This document shows, piece by piece, positions 1-8,816 of a stretch of DNA of 64,000 nt. The notes below the pieces were generated by a model that saw only the letters and a program-made list of their open reading frames with translations, searched no databases and was not told where the DNA came from. The position numbers and the translations under genes are program-made. Where the stretch lies: assembly GCA_963793425.1 (NCBI GenBank), contig CAWCAG010000005.1:384001-448000 (forward strand). The letters run 5' to 3'. Source of the DNA: an uncultured cyanobacterium. Lineage in GTDB: Bacteria > Cyanobacteriota > Cyanobacteriia > Cyanobacteriales > CAWCAG01. Numbering within the stretch: the stretch's first letter is position 1; the number at the start of each line of letters is the position of its first letter.

Positions 1-1
1 G

Positions 2-187
2 CATATTAGGAAGGGCAAACTTAAGATCAAGTATGTCTCCTAACTTCTTTTTGGCAATAGCTTGATTGATGTCCTCTTGATCTGCTCTTGCGCCGACGTA
101 TTTATCTAAAGATTGAGCAACTTGATAAAAGACATAAATAATACAAATTAGATAAATAACTACAATAAGTAAATTTCTGTCATTCAT
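2..187 (-). CDS. Hypothetical membrane protein, N-terminal part (runs off window edge)
   Basis: ATG at 187, open to the window start: MNDRNLLIVVIYLICIIYVFYQVAQSLDK..., with a hydrophobic N-terminal helix; downstream of corA on the same strand. Confidence 0.55.
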   Translation of the reverse strand, partial: MNDRNLLIVVIYLICIIYVFYQVAQSLDKYVGARADQEDINQAIAKKKLGDILDLKFALPNM

Positions 188-246
188 TACTTTAGTGAGA
201 AACTATAGCATTTCTATTGGGGACATAGACTAGGGAGTACTGATTA

Positions 247-1389
247 TTAATCATCTTCTACCTTATAAAAGTTTTCAAACCAACCTTGTCGCCAAAACAA
301 AGAAACTAAGGTAGTAGAAATAACCACGATAACGCCCCAGAAAATGAAATAACTCCATTTATAACTCAATTCTGGCATATAGCTAAAGTTCATTCCGTAA
401 ACTCCTGCCAAAAAGGAAAGGGGGATAAAAATAGTCGAAATCACTGTCAATACCTTCATCACCTCATTCATTTTATTACTAACTGAAGACATATAAACAT
501 CCATTAAACCAGAAGATAACTCTCGATAGGTTTCGACAATATCTAATAATTGAATAATATGGTCATAGCAATCTCGAAAATAAATTTGTACCTCTGAACT
601 AATAAGCTGATTTCTATCCCGAATCAAAGAATTAATCGCATTGCGTTGAGGCCAAATTGCGCGACGCAATGCTAATAACTCTCGTCGTACATCATAGATT
701 TTTTCCAAGGTACGACGACTAGGATTAAGGACTACCTCATCTTCTAAGGCTTCAATCCTCTCGCCATAGTCTTCTAACACAGGAAAAAAACCATCAATAA
801 TTGAATCTAATAGGGCATAAGCAAGATAATCAGCACCTAACTGGCGGACTTTACCTTTACCAGAACGCAGGCGATCCCGTACATAACTAAAACAGTCGCG
901 GGCTGGTTCTTCTTGAAAAGTGAGTAGATAATGTTTACCCAAAATAAAACTAACCTGTTCACTATCAAAACCTTCTTCATCAGATTTCGGTAAGACCATT
1001 TGAGCAATAATAATCAACTGTTCATTGTAGTCTTCAACCTTGGGTCGTTGAGGAACATTGACTACATCTTCTAGGAGCAAAGGATGCAATTCAAAAATTT
1101 CTCCAAGCTGTTTCAAAACCTCTTCGCTACCCAAACCTTGAACATCAACCCAAGAGACTGAGGTTGCATCTCGATAGTTTAGACATTCTTGGGGGGAAAG
1201 ATTAACTTTACGAATAGCTTGATTAATGTTGTAGTCGATCAACACAATTAAAGAAGGTTTAGCATCAGGATCAATATGGAGAGTTCCTGGTTCGCTTCCT
1301 GGTTCATCAAAGAAATATTCGAAGTAATCTTCTTCTTCTGGAGTAAAATTAGCGAGAGATTTTTGTTGAGAAGCTTGGGGATTTGACAT
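247..1389 (-). CDS. corA: Magnesium/cobalt transporter CorA
   Basis: YGMNF signature between two C-terminal TM helices; LHPLLLEDV and QRPKVE motifs. Confidence 0.95.
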   Translation of the reverse strand: MSNPQASQQKSLANFTPEEEDYFEYFFDEPGSEPGTLHIDPDAKPSLIVLIDYNINQAIRKVNLSPQECLNYRDATSVSWVDVQGLGSEEVLKQLGEIFELHPLLLEDVVNVPQRPKVEDYNEQLIIIAQMVLPKSDEEGFDSEQVSFILGKHYLLTFQEEPARDCFSYVRDRLRSGKGKVRQLGADYLAYALLDSIIDGFFPVLEDYGERIEALEDEVVLNPSRRTLEKIYDVRRELLALRRAIWPQRNAINSLIRDRNQLISSEVQIYFRDCYDHIIQLLDIVETYRELSSGLMDVYMSSVSNKMNEVMKVLTVISTIFIPLSFLAGVYGMNFSYMPELSYKWSYFIFWGVIVVISTTLVSLFWRQGWFENFYKVEDD

Positions 1390-1461
1390 AATTACTCTTC
1401 CATCGCGATCACACTCCTAGCCGATTCTAAGCTCTTTTGGCAATAAAGCCACAAAACCAAG

Positions 1462-1503
1462 ATGTTTAATGTTTGATGTTTAATGTTTAACGCTCAATGT
1501 TTA
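1462..1503 (+). repeat. Heptamer tandem repeat (ATGTTTA) overlapping the ldcA start
   Basis: atgttta atgtttg atgttta atgttta acgctca atgttta. Confidence 0.8.
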
Positions 1504-2394
1504 ACTCTTCCCCCTCCTCTCAAACCAGGAGACTTATTGCGAGTAGTCTCCCCCTGTGGTGCTTTAAAAGAATTAGAAGCTTTTAACCAAGGAGTAGAAA
1601 TTTGGCGATCGCGGGGTTATCGGGTGGAGTTTGGCAAATATTGGAATTCTCGCTACGGTTATTTAGCTGGAACGGACTTGCAACGTCGCCAAAGTTTAAG
1701 GGAAGCTTGGCAGGAAGAACAATGTCAGGGAATCCTCTGCGCCAGGGGAGGATACGGTAGTACAAGGTTGTTAGAAGATTGGCAGTGGTGGCAGGAAAAT
1801 AATCTTACTGCCCCTAAATGGTTAGTCGGTTTTTCTGATGTGACTGGCTTGTTGTGGAGTTTAGCTACGGTCGGGGTTGCCTCGATTCATGGCCCGGTTT
1901 TAACAACCTTAGCCCAAGAACCAAAATGGTCTAGACAGCGCCTCTTTGATGCCGTAGAAGGTCGCCCTTTAGCACCCTTATCAGGGGAAGGTTGGGTAGG
2001 TGGTAAGGCGACAGGAATCCTCTTACCAGCTAATCTCGCTGTAGCTACTAACATTTTGGGAACTCCTCTCCAACCCCCTTTAACAGGTACAATCCTCGCC
2101 TTTGAAGACGTGGGAGAAGCTCCCTATCGCTTAGATAGGATGCTGACTCAATGGCGAATGATGGGAGCATTTCAAGGAGTTAAAGCCATTGCTTTAGGGC
2201 GTTTTAGTGATTGCGAAGGCTCAAAAAGTGGTTGGACAGTAGCAGAAATGTTGCGCGATCGCTTAACGGACTTAAATATTCCTATGGTAGCTAATCTCCC
2301 TTTTGGCCATGATGGAGCTAACGCTGCTTTACCCGTAGGGCAATTAGTAGAGTTAGATGGGGAGCAAGGAATTTTGCAAGTTAGCAGCCCGTAG
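1483..2394 (+). CDS. ldcA: LD-carboxypeptidase, peptidase S66 family
   Basis: ARGGYG, GFSDVT (catalytic Ser), FEDVGE (Glu) and FGH (His) motifs. Confidence 0.9.
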   Translation: MFNAQCLTLPPPLKPGDLLRVVSPCGALKELEAFNQGVEIWRSRGYRVEFGKYWNSRYGYLAGTDLQRRQSLREAWQEEQCQGILCARGGYGSTRLLEDWQWWQENNLTAPKWLVGFSDVTGLLWSLATVGVASIHGPVLTTLAQEPKWSRQRLFDAVEGRPLAPLSGEGWVGGKATGILLPANLAVATNILGTPLQPPLTGTILAFEDVGEAPYRLDRMLTQWRMMGAFQGVKAIALGRFSDCEGSKSGWTVAEMLRDRLTDLNIPMVANLPFGHDGANAALPVGQLVELDGEQGILQVSSP

Positions 2395-2487
2395 TTGACC
2401 AATCGAACACCTCCACCTCTGCATAGGTTTCTATCCACAACCTGGCTCCGCTCTGATTTACAAAAGCATTCTGTTTGAAAATACGGC
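2385..2487 (-). ncRNA. Candidate rod-shaped small RNA
   Basis: Minus-strand ends pair by eye into a long imperfect stem with several G-U pairs and an apical AGGTT/AACCT hairpin; TATAAC lies 6 nt upstream of G2487. Confidence 0.35.
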
Positions 2488-2503
2488 AATATAGTTATAA
2501 GAA

Positions 2504-2552
2504 TCAGCCATTAGCAACTAGCCATTAGCAACTAGCGATTAGCAATAAGCAA
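2504..2552 (+). repeat. Heptamer tandem repeat (STRR-like, YTAGCMA)
   Basis: tcagcca ttagcaa ctagcca ttagcaa ctagcga ttagcaa taagcaa. Confidence 0.8.
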
Positions 2553-2659
2553 AAATGTAAAGTTGTGTTGCTCAACTTCCCCTAATAACCAACAACAACA
2601 GTCGAATGATAAGCTAACAAATACAATAAAAATATTTTGTATAGTAAGGTGGAGTTTAG

Positions 2660-3724
2660 ATGGCGGTTTCAACGGAAATTCCTTATCTTTTAAGAGCGGC
2701 TCGTGGTGAAAAATTAGACCGCCCTCCTGTTTGGATGATGCGTCAGGCAGGGCGTTACATGAAAGTTTATCGTGACTTAAGAGAAAAGTATCCTAGTTTT
2801 CGCGAACGTTCAGAAAACCCGGAATTAGCAATTGAAATTTCCTTACAACCTTGGCGAGCATTTAGACCCGACGGAGTAATTATGTTCTCCGATATTCTCA
2901 CTCCTTTGCCGGGACTAGGCATTCCCTTTGAAATAGTTGAAAGTAAAGGACCCATTATTCCTGATCCGATTCGGACTCAAGAACAAATTGATAACCTCCA
3001 TTCCTTAGAACCAGCAGAATCATTACCTTTCATCAAAACAATTTTACAAACCCTACGCTCAGAAGTGGGTAACGAAGCGGCGGTTTTAGGTTTTGTGGGC
3101 GCTCCTTGGACTTTAGCAGCTTATGCCATTGAAGGAAAAAGCTCTAAAAATTATGCTGTGATTAAAAACATGGCCTTCGCTCAACCAGCAATGCTGCACT
3201 CCTTCTTAAATAAAATAGCTGAGGCGATCGCCGACTATGTTTGTTACCAGATTGATTGTGGGGCCGAGGTTGTACAGATGTTTGACTCTTGGGCAGGGCA
3301 ATTAAGCCCCCAAGATTATGACAACTTCGCTTTGCCCTATCATCAACAGGTAATTAGGAAAGTGAAAGCCACTCACCCTGACACTCCTTTCATCATGTAC
3401 ATCAGTGGTAGTGCAGGAATCTTAGAACGTATGGGACAATCTGGAGCTGATATAGTTAGCGTCGATTGGACAGTAGACATGGCCGATGCGAGAAAGCGCC
3501 TTGGTAAAGACATGAAAGTTCAAGGTAACATTGATCCTGGAGTACTATTTGGTTCCAAGGAATTTATCCGCGATCGCATCATTGATACCATCCGCAAAGC
3601 AGGACCCACAGGTCACATCCTCAACTTAGGTCACGGCATCTTACCAGGGACTCCTGAAGAAAATGCCGCATTCTTCTTTGAAACAGCTAAACAAGCAGAT
3701 CAGCTTTTAGCGGTTCATGCTTAG
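2660..3724 (+). CDS. hemE: Uroporphyrinogen decarboxylase
   Basis: [16 protein letters not shown] and NLGHGI motifs. Confidence 0.97.
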   Translation: MAVSTEIPYLLRAARGEKLDRPPVWMMRQAGRYMKVYRDLREKYPSFRERSENPELAIEISLQPWRAFRPDGVIMFSDILTPLPGLGIPFEIVESKGPIIPDPIRTQEQIDNLHSLEPAESLPFIKTILQTLRSEVGNEAAVLGFVGAPWTLAAYAIEGKSSKNYAVIKNMAFAQPAMLHSFLNKIAEAIADYVCYQIDCGAEVVQMFDSWAGQLSPQDYDNFALPYHQQVIRKVKATHPDTPFIMYISGSAGILERMGQSGADIVSVDWTVDMADARKRLGKDMKVQGNIDPGVLFGSKEFIRDRIIDTIRKAGPTGHILNLGHGILPGTPEENAAFFFETAKQADQLLAVHA

Positions 3725-3865
3725 GAAAAATGGGAAATAGAGATAATGAGGTGATTATAAGGGAGAAAACGATAATACTCCTTAACTAATCACCTATTTT
3801 CTACTTCCCCCTCCCCGCCCCGAAGTAGTTTAAAATCTACATAAAATCGCACAATTAAAGATCCC

Positions 3866-4858
3866 ATGAATCCCAAGCGGATTTTGCTAACTGGCGCTAG
3901 TGGCTGCATTGGTCACTACATCGCCGAAACTTTAATCCAAGACACAGAACACGAACTACTTCTTTTTGTCAGAAACCCAGATAAGCTAGGCTTTGACTGG
4001 GAAGCACGTGCTGGAGTGAGAGTTATCCAGGGAGACTTGCGGGATATTGAGAGTTTTGCTCAATTACTCAAAACAGTCAATGTTGCCATCCTCACAGCCG
4101 CAGCTTGGGGAGGAGCCGCAGAATCTTTTGATATTAATGTAGCTAAAACCACCCGTTTAATGACCCTGCTCGATCCTCAAACTTGTGAGCAGGTTATTTA
4201 TTTTTCTACCGCTAGTATTCTAGATCGTAGTAACAACTTACTCCCTCAAGCAGGGCAGTTGGGAACAGATTATATTCGTACCAAGTACGATTGTTTCCGC
4301 CAGTTAAATAAACTAGCTATTTATCCCAAAATTACTACTCTCTTCCCTACTTTGGTGTTAGGAGGAGATGAAAATAAACCCACATCCCATGTTTCTTCTG
4401 GCTTACCAGAAGTAGCTAAATGGGCTAGTTTGGTGCGTTGGTTTAAAGCCGATGGTAGTTTCCACTTTATCCATGCCCAAGACATCGCCAAAGTCGTCTC
4501 TTATTTAGTGGAAAATCCCCCAGAAGCAGAAGTAAAAGAAGGCATAGCTGGACAACAATTAGTTTTAGGTAATGAATGTATTACTGTTAATCAAGCAGTG
4601 GAACAATTTTGTGCTTATGTAGGCAAGAAGATTTATTTCCGCATTCCCTTATCTATGTGGCTAGCTAATATTCTTATTAAAGTATTCAACATTCAAATGG
4701 CTGCTTGGGATCGCTTCAGTTTACAATATCGTCACTTCAGCTATCAAAATCCTGTCAATCCTTCTACTTTTGGTTTACCCACTTATTGCCCCACTTTTAG
4801 GGATGTTCTTAAAGTTAGTGGTGTGCAAAGAAAGGTAATAACTGATAGTGATAAGTAA
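3866..4858 (+). CDS. NAD-dependent epimerase/dehydratase family protein
   Basis: TGASGCIG Rossmann motif and YxxxK (YIRTK); directly downstream of hemE. Confidence 0.85.
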   Translation: MNPKRILLTGASGCIGHYIAETLIQDTEHELLLFVRNPDKLGFDWEARAGVRVIQGDLRDIESFAQLLKTVNVAILTAAAWGGAAESFDINVAKTTRLMTLLDPQTCEQVIYFSTASILDRSNNLLPQAGQLGTDYIRTKYDCFRQLNKLAIYPKITTLFPTLVLGGDENKPTSHVSSGLPEVAKWASLVRWFKADGSFHFIHAQDIAKVVSYLVENPPEAEVKEGIAGQQLVLGNECITVNQAVEQFCAYVGKKIYFRIPLSMWLANILIKVFNIQMAAWDRFSLQYRHFSYQNPVNPSTFGLPTYCPTFRDVLKVSGVQRKVITDSDK

Positions 4859-4912
4859 TCAGTTAATTTCTTGTTTTCTTTCATTCCCCAAACTGGTTAG
4901 AAAGGGGTAGCT

Positions 4913-4962
4913 TGTGGAAAAGTCAAGGAAATCTGTGGAAAATCAGAGATTTCTGTGGAAAA
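4913..4962 (-). promoter_or_regulatory. Three tandem DnaA-box matches (TTTTCCACA)
   Basis: TGTGGAAAA on + at 4913, 4934 and 4954, followed by an AT-rich stretch. Confidence 0.55.
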
Positions 4963-5032
4963 CCAGCTAATTTTCAAATCTTATTCAGACTTAGTAATAA
5001 AGTTAAATTAGTTCTGTCTAAGTACCAACAAC

Positions 5033-5962
5033 TTAAACTTGTACAAGTTCAGAAGTTTTGTCTAAAGAAAACTTTTTGCTCTCTTGTAATAAATACTCTA
5101 AAAATGTTTCTGCTACCACAGAAAGCTTTTTACCTGCTAAATAAGTAACATACCAACGATGTTGGAGAGGGAAATGCTCTACATCCAAAATGACTAATTC
5201 TCCTGTGGAAATTTCCGTAACTAGGCTGTGTTGAGAAAGAACAGAGATACCTAAACCACCCACCACTGCTTGTTTAATCGCTTCATTACTACCTAATTCC
5301 AAACGAACTCTAACCGTAATTTTATGTTTCGTAAATAGTTGTTGAACTGCTTGGCGAGTACCTGAACCAGGTTCCCTCATAATAAAGGATTCGTTGTTAA
5401 GAGATTTAAGGGGAATGCTCGTTTCTTTAGCCAAAGGATGATCTGCTGAAGCCAAAACTACCAAAGGATTAGCCAAAAATGGTTGGGCATAGAGATCCAC
5501 TTCTTGGGGAGGTTGACTCATAATATAAAGGTCGTCTTTATTTTCCAACATACGCTCTTGAATTTGTTGGTGATTGATAACCTGAAGAGAGACATCAATG
5601 CCCGGATGTTGTCGACAAAAAGAACCCAGAATGCGCGGGACAAAATATTTAGCGGTGGTTACTACTGTTAAGTTTAAACGCCCCTGTTTAGTCCCTTTCA
5701 AATCAGCAACTTTCATTTCAAAGTTTTCTAACTTATTAAAAACCTGTTGACAGGTAGCTAATAATTCTTTTCCTGCTTCAGTAAGATAAAGTTGTTTACC
5801 GATTTGTTCATATAATGGCAAGCCAACAGCTTTAGAGAGTTGCTTAACTTGGCTCGAAACAGTGGGCTGAGTTATCAACAACTCTTCTGCTGCCCTAGTG
5901 AAGCTACCATGACGAGCAACTGCTTCAAAAACTTCTAGTTGATGTAGTGTGGACTGAATCAA
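5033..5962 (-). CDS. ndhR: LysR-type regulator of inorganic carbon uptake, NdhR/CcmR
   Basis: TLHQLEVFEAVARHGSFTRAAEEL HTH; MREPGSGTR and LGSNEAIKQ; closely resembles Synechocystis NdhR as recalled. Confidence 0.8.
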   Translation of the reverse strand: MIQSTLHQLEVFEAVARHGSFTRAAEELLITQPTVSSQVKQLSKAVGLPLYEQIGKQLYLTEAGKELLATCQQVFNKLENFEMKVADLKGTKQGRLNLTVVTTAKYFVPRILGSFCRQHPGIDVSLQVINHQQIQERMLENKDDLYIMSQPPQEVDLYAQPFLANPLVVLASADHPLAKETSIPLKSLNNESFIMREPGSGTRQAVQQLFTKHKITVRVRLELGSNEAIKQAVVGGLGISVLSQHSLVTEISTGELVILDVEHFPLQHRWYVTYLAGKKLSVVAETFLEYLLQESKKFSLDKTSELVQV

Positions 5963-6036
5963 AGATTGTTCTCCCTCTCTAAGCTAGAGATATGTTAGCC
6001 TCGCAACAGTTATTCTGGCAGTCAACTGCTGACAGC

Positions 6037-6083
6037 ATAGATTGATATCAATACTATAACAATAACTATAGATTATTAGTTAT
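6037..6083. promoter_or_regulatory. Putative NdhR autoregulatory boxes (ATAG-N8-CTAT-like)
   Basis: ATAG-attgatat-CAAT (6037-6052) and ATAG-attattag-TTAT (6068-6083) upstream of ndhR. Confidence 0.5.
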
Positions 6084-6142
6084 CAACAAGAGAGACTGGT
6101 CGTCCGGCTATTGCCATAAATCTAAACAAGAAAAAAGGCACT

Positions 6143-6175
6143 GCGTTCGCGAAGTGTCTCACTCTTGAGAATCGC
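6143..6175 (+). mobile_element. SDR5-like small repeat inserted in a HIP1 site
   Basis: GCG + ttcgcgaagtgtctcactcttgaga + ATCGC, i.e. a split HIP1. Confidence 0.6.
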
Positions 6176-6251
6176 GCCTGTGCCTTCAACCACACAAATA
6201 CACAAACTAATAGTAACCGATACTACTTGCTAAATCTAGCTTGAGCAAAAG

Positions 6252-6902
6252 TTACTGACTTAGGTTCTCTCCTAACTTTGGTTCTGTACCTGCAAAGAGA
6301 CGTTGAATGTTGCTTTGATGTCTCCAAATAATGTAAATCCCGGCGATGGTAGCGAAAATTATGTAGGGTAGAGGTTGATTTAAGGCTAGCATCAATAAAT
6401 TAACGGCGATCGCACCACAAATAGAACCAAGAGAAACAATACGCCAAATAGCAAATACTAAAGCAAAGACAACTATAGTTCCTAAAGCGACAAAAGGACT
6501 CATAACCAACAAAACCCCTAGACTAGTAGCAACGGATTTCCCGCCAGTAAAGTTAAGCCAAATCGATTTACTATGGCCAATAACTGCTGCGATCGCTGCT
6601 AAAGTAACGAACCAGGGTTCCCAGGATAAAGGAAGGAAAGATTGAGCCACAAAAGCGAAAAATCCTTTCACCGCCCCAACAGCAATAACTCCTTTAAGTA
6701 AATCAGCCATTAATACAATAATACCCGCTGTTTTACCCAAAGTTCTGAAGACATTAGTTGCCCCAGTAGAGCCAGAACCATATTCACGAATATCAATTCC
6801 TTGTAAATAGCGTCCTAGCAAATAGCCATTCGGAAGAGAACCTAACAAGTAAGCAAAGATGACGAATATTAAACTTATTAATAAAGATAGACTACTGACC
6901 AT
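6252..6902 (-). CDS. plsY: Glycerol-3-phosphate acyltransferase PlsY
   Basis: GSGSTGATNVFR, DLLKG, GH, GGKSVAT and RHQSNIQRL motifs. Confidence 0.95.
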   Translation of the reverse strand: MVSSLSLLISLIFVIFAYLLGSLPNGYLLGRYLQGIDIREYGSGSTGATNVFRTLGKTAGIIVLMADLLKGVIAVGAVKGFFAFVAQSFLPLSWEPWFVTLAAIAAVIGHSKSIWLNFTGGKSVATSLGVLLVMSPFVALGTIVVFALVFAIWRIVSLGSICGAIAVNLLMLALNQPLPYIIFATIAGIYIIWRHQSNIQRLFAGTEPKLGENLSQ

Positions 6903-6971
6903 ATCACAAACCTGTTTGATAACTAAATAAGTAAGATAAGATTACTCCAGTAACCGGATTTAATAGAACTA

Positions 6972-7066
6972 CCCTGCTCCTTTCCTTACTCCTTACTCCC
7001 TACTCCCTTCCCTGCTCCCTGCTCCCTGCTCCCTGCTCCCTGCTCCCTGCTCCCTACTCCCTTCCC
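6972..7066 (+). repeat. Heptamer tandem repeat (CTCCCTG/CTCCCTA)
   Basis: Long run of ctccctg units between plsY and the DUF3086 gene. Confidence 0.9.
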
Positions 7067-8229
7067 TAATACATATAACTCGAATTCTGCTGTGGTTCTG
7101 GGGCAAAAGCCAACCAAAGAGGGAACTGAAGCAAAGATAAATCGATTTGCTCCTCTGTTTCATCAATAATAATTAAAGGTAGCGCTTTATTATCTAAAAG
7201 TCGCTCAGCTTTCATCACTAGAGCATCAGGAGACTCAAAAAGAGTAACTCCGCGCTCAGGACCAAAATCGCTACGGGAAATACCTAAACAGTCTTGTAAG
7301 CTGCGTCGCCATTCTCCTAAGCGTTCTGGAGTATTAGCTAGAACCAAGGTTCGCAAACGGTTACCATATAATTTCTTCAAAACAGACATTACTGCTGAGG
7401 TAATTAAAATATTCTGTAAGCGGCTGCCCATAGATTTAATTGCGCCTCTACCTCCTTGGGTAAAAAACCAACCGCGAACTCTTTCAGCATGAATCGGTTC
7501 AAAAGTACGGCGAAGTTGCCAAGGGGGACCATAATAATCGGGAACAGTACGGTATTGATCAAGAATCTCACGAATTTGCCTCACTCGCTCCTGAAAAGTT
7601 TGTTCAGTAAACTGAGTCTCTATCTGAGAATCTTTAGCTCGTGTAACTTCAGGTTTTGGAGAAGTTTCCCACTCATCGTACCCCGACAGTTCTAGTTGTT
7701 CTGCTGCTACTGCTAAATCTTGCAAACTGCCTACGAGGTAATCTTTAAAACCCTGTACTCTAACGGCTAAATCTTGAGAAACCCCAGCAAAAGTTGTCCG
7801 CATTTCTTCTCTAATGCGATCGCGGCGACGTTCTAGCTGTTCTACACTAACTTCCAGGGCTTGTTGACGCTTTTGCAATTCCCTTAAACCATCTTTGACA
7901 ATCTGCTCTAAATTCGCTTTTACTTCTGCTGTTTGCTCTGCAAGCAACTGATTTCTTTGCTCTTGAAGGTTACTAACTTCCTTTTCTAAGGACTGTTTTT
8001 GTTGTTGTAATTCTGCGACTACTTGGCTCAGTTCATCTACATCTACTTCTGAATTTTCTGAATTAACTGTTTCAGTAGCTTGAGAATCTTGCTGAGAATT
8101 ACTCTCCTCTATTTCTCCTTTCGCCCCTAGCTCTTCTAATTTAGGTTCTATTAAAAGTGCCTCTAAGTTATCAGAGCTTTGAGGAGCATCTTTTTCTGAT
8201 TCTGGGAGTTGAGATTCTTCTGAATTCAT
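7066..8229 (-). CDS. DUF3086 family coiled-coil protein
   Basis: FAGVSQDLAVRVQGFKDYLVGSLQDL and PDYYGPPWQLRRTFE; conserved position upstream of plsY. Confidence 0.8.
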   Translation of the reverse strand: MNSEESQLPESEKDAPQSSDNLEALLIEPKLEELGAKGEIEESNSQQDSQATETVNSENSEVDVDELSQVVAELQQQKQSLEKEVSNLQEQRNQLLAEQTAEVKANLEQIVKDGLRELQKRQQALEVSVEQLERRRDRIREEMRTTFAGVSQDLAVRVQGFKDYLVGSLQDLAVAAEQLELSGYDEWETSPKPEVTRAKDSQIETQFTEQTFQERVRQIREILDQYRTVPDYYGPPWQLRRTFEPIHAERVRGWFFTQGGRGAIKSMGSRLQNILITSAVMSVLKKLYGNRLRTLVLANTPERLGEWRRSLQDCLGISRSDFGPERGVTLFESPDALVMKAERLLDNKALPLIIIDETEEQIDLSLLQFPLWLAFAPEPQQNSSYMY

Positions 8230-8266
8230 TTAGTTAAAAATAGTTAGATGTGAAGATTAACTTTTC

Positions 8267-8656
8267 CTAATTTCTCGGACAGCGCTCTTCAAGGCCAGTT
8301 TTTAGAGTCTTAGGATCAAAGATGATCGGCAAAAAATGAATACTTTTAACTTCTTTAAAATAAAACAAAATCGGGATTTGAGGCCAGAAAATACGCCAAT
8401 TTTGCCATTCTGAGTAGGGAAAAGAGCGAATGACCTTTTCAGAACGATATACTTCTAAGGCTGTGGCAGTAAATTGTAAACTAATGGTTACTGTTTGAAA
8501 AAGCAGAAAAAGTCCAAATAAAGAAATTACCCCTGCTGCCCAAGGTTGGACTAATAGCAAAGGAATTGAACCTAATGTCAGTACCAAAGGCAAGACATAG
8601 CTAGGTTTTAGTTTAATAGTTTGTTTTTTGACAGCAGAAAATTCAGCAGTGGTCAC
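8267..8656 (-). CDS. DUF3119 family membrane protein
   Basis: FPYSEWQNWRIFW and LFYFKEVKSIHFLPIIFD. Confidence 0.8.
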   Translation of the reverse strand: MTTAEFSAVKKQTIKLKPSYVLPLVLTLGSIPLLLVQPWAAGVISLFGLFLLFQTVTISLQFTATALEVYRSEKVIRSFPYSEWQNWRIFWPQIPILFYFKEVKSIHFLPIIFDPKTLKTGLEERCPRN

Positions 8657-8816
8657 GGTTTAGTAATTTTCAGTTTAACTAATGCAGTTTGATACTGCCC
8701 TTCATTCTAATGGGGAGCGGTAATGCTGCGCTACAATCCCTAGGAAAATTTCCCTTCTCAATAAGTCTTACAAGTACTTAAATTACCCTAGTTAATACTA
8801 AGTAACCACTGAAAAA

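Noticed and set aside
2172..2489. 105-aa antisense ORF and similar shadow ORFs (e.g. 16915-17238, 55874-56215, 57783-58067)
   Set aside because: They overlap well-supported genes on the opposite strand and lack recognisable motifs
4912..5148. 78-aa ORF with repeated WK/GK
   Set aside because: Arises from the TGTGGAAAA repeats and overlaps ndhR antisense
6972..7066. Tandem repeats as a CRISPR array
   Set aside because: 7-bp units without spacers; no CRISPR array or cas gene seen anywhere in the window
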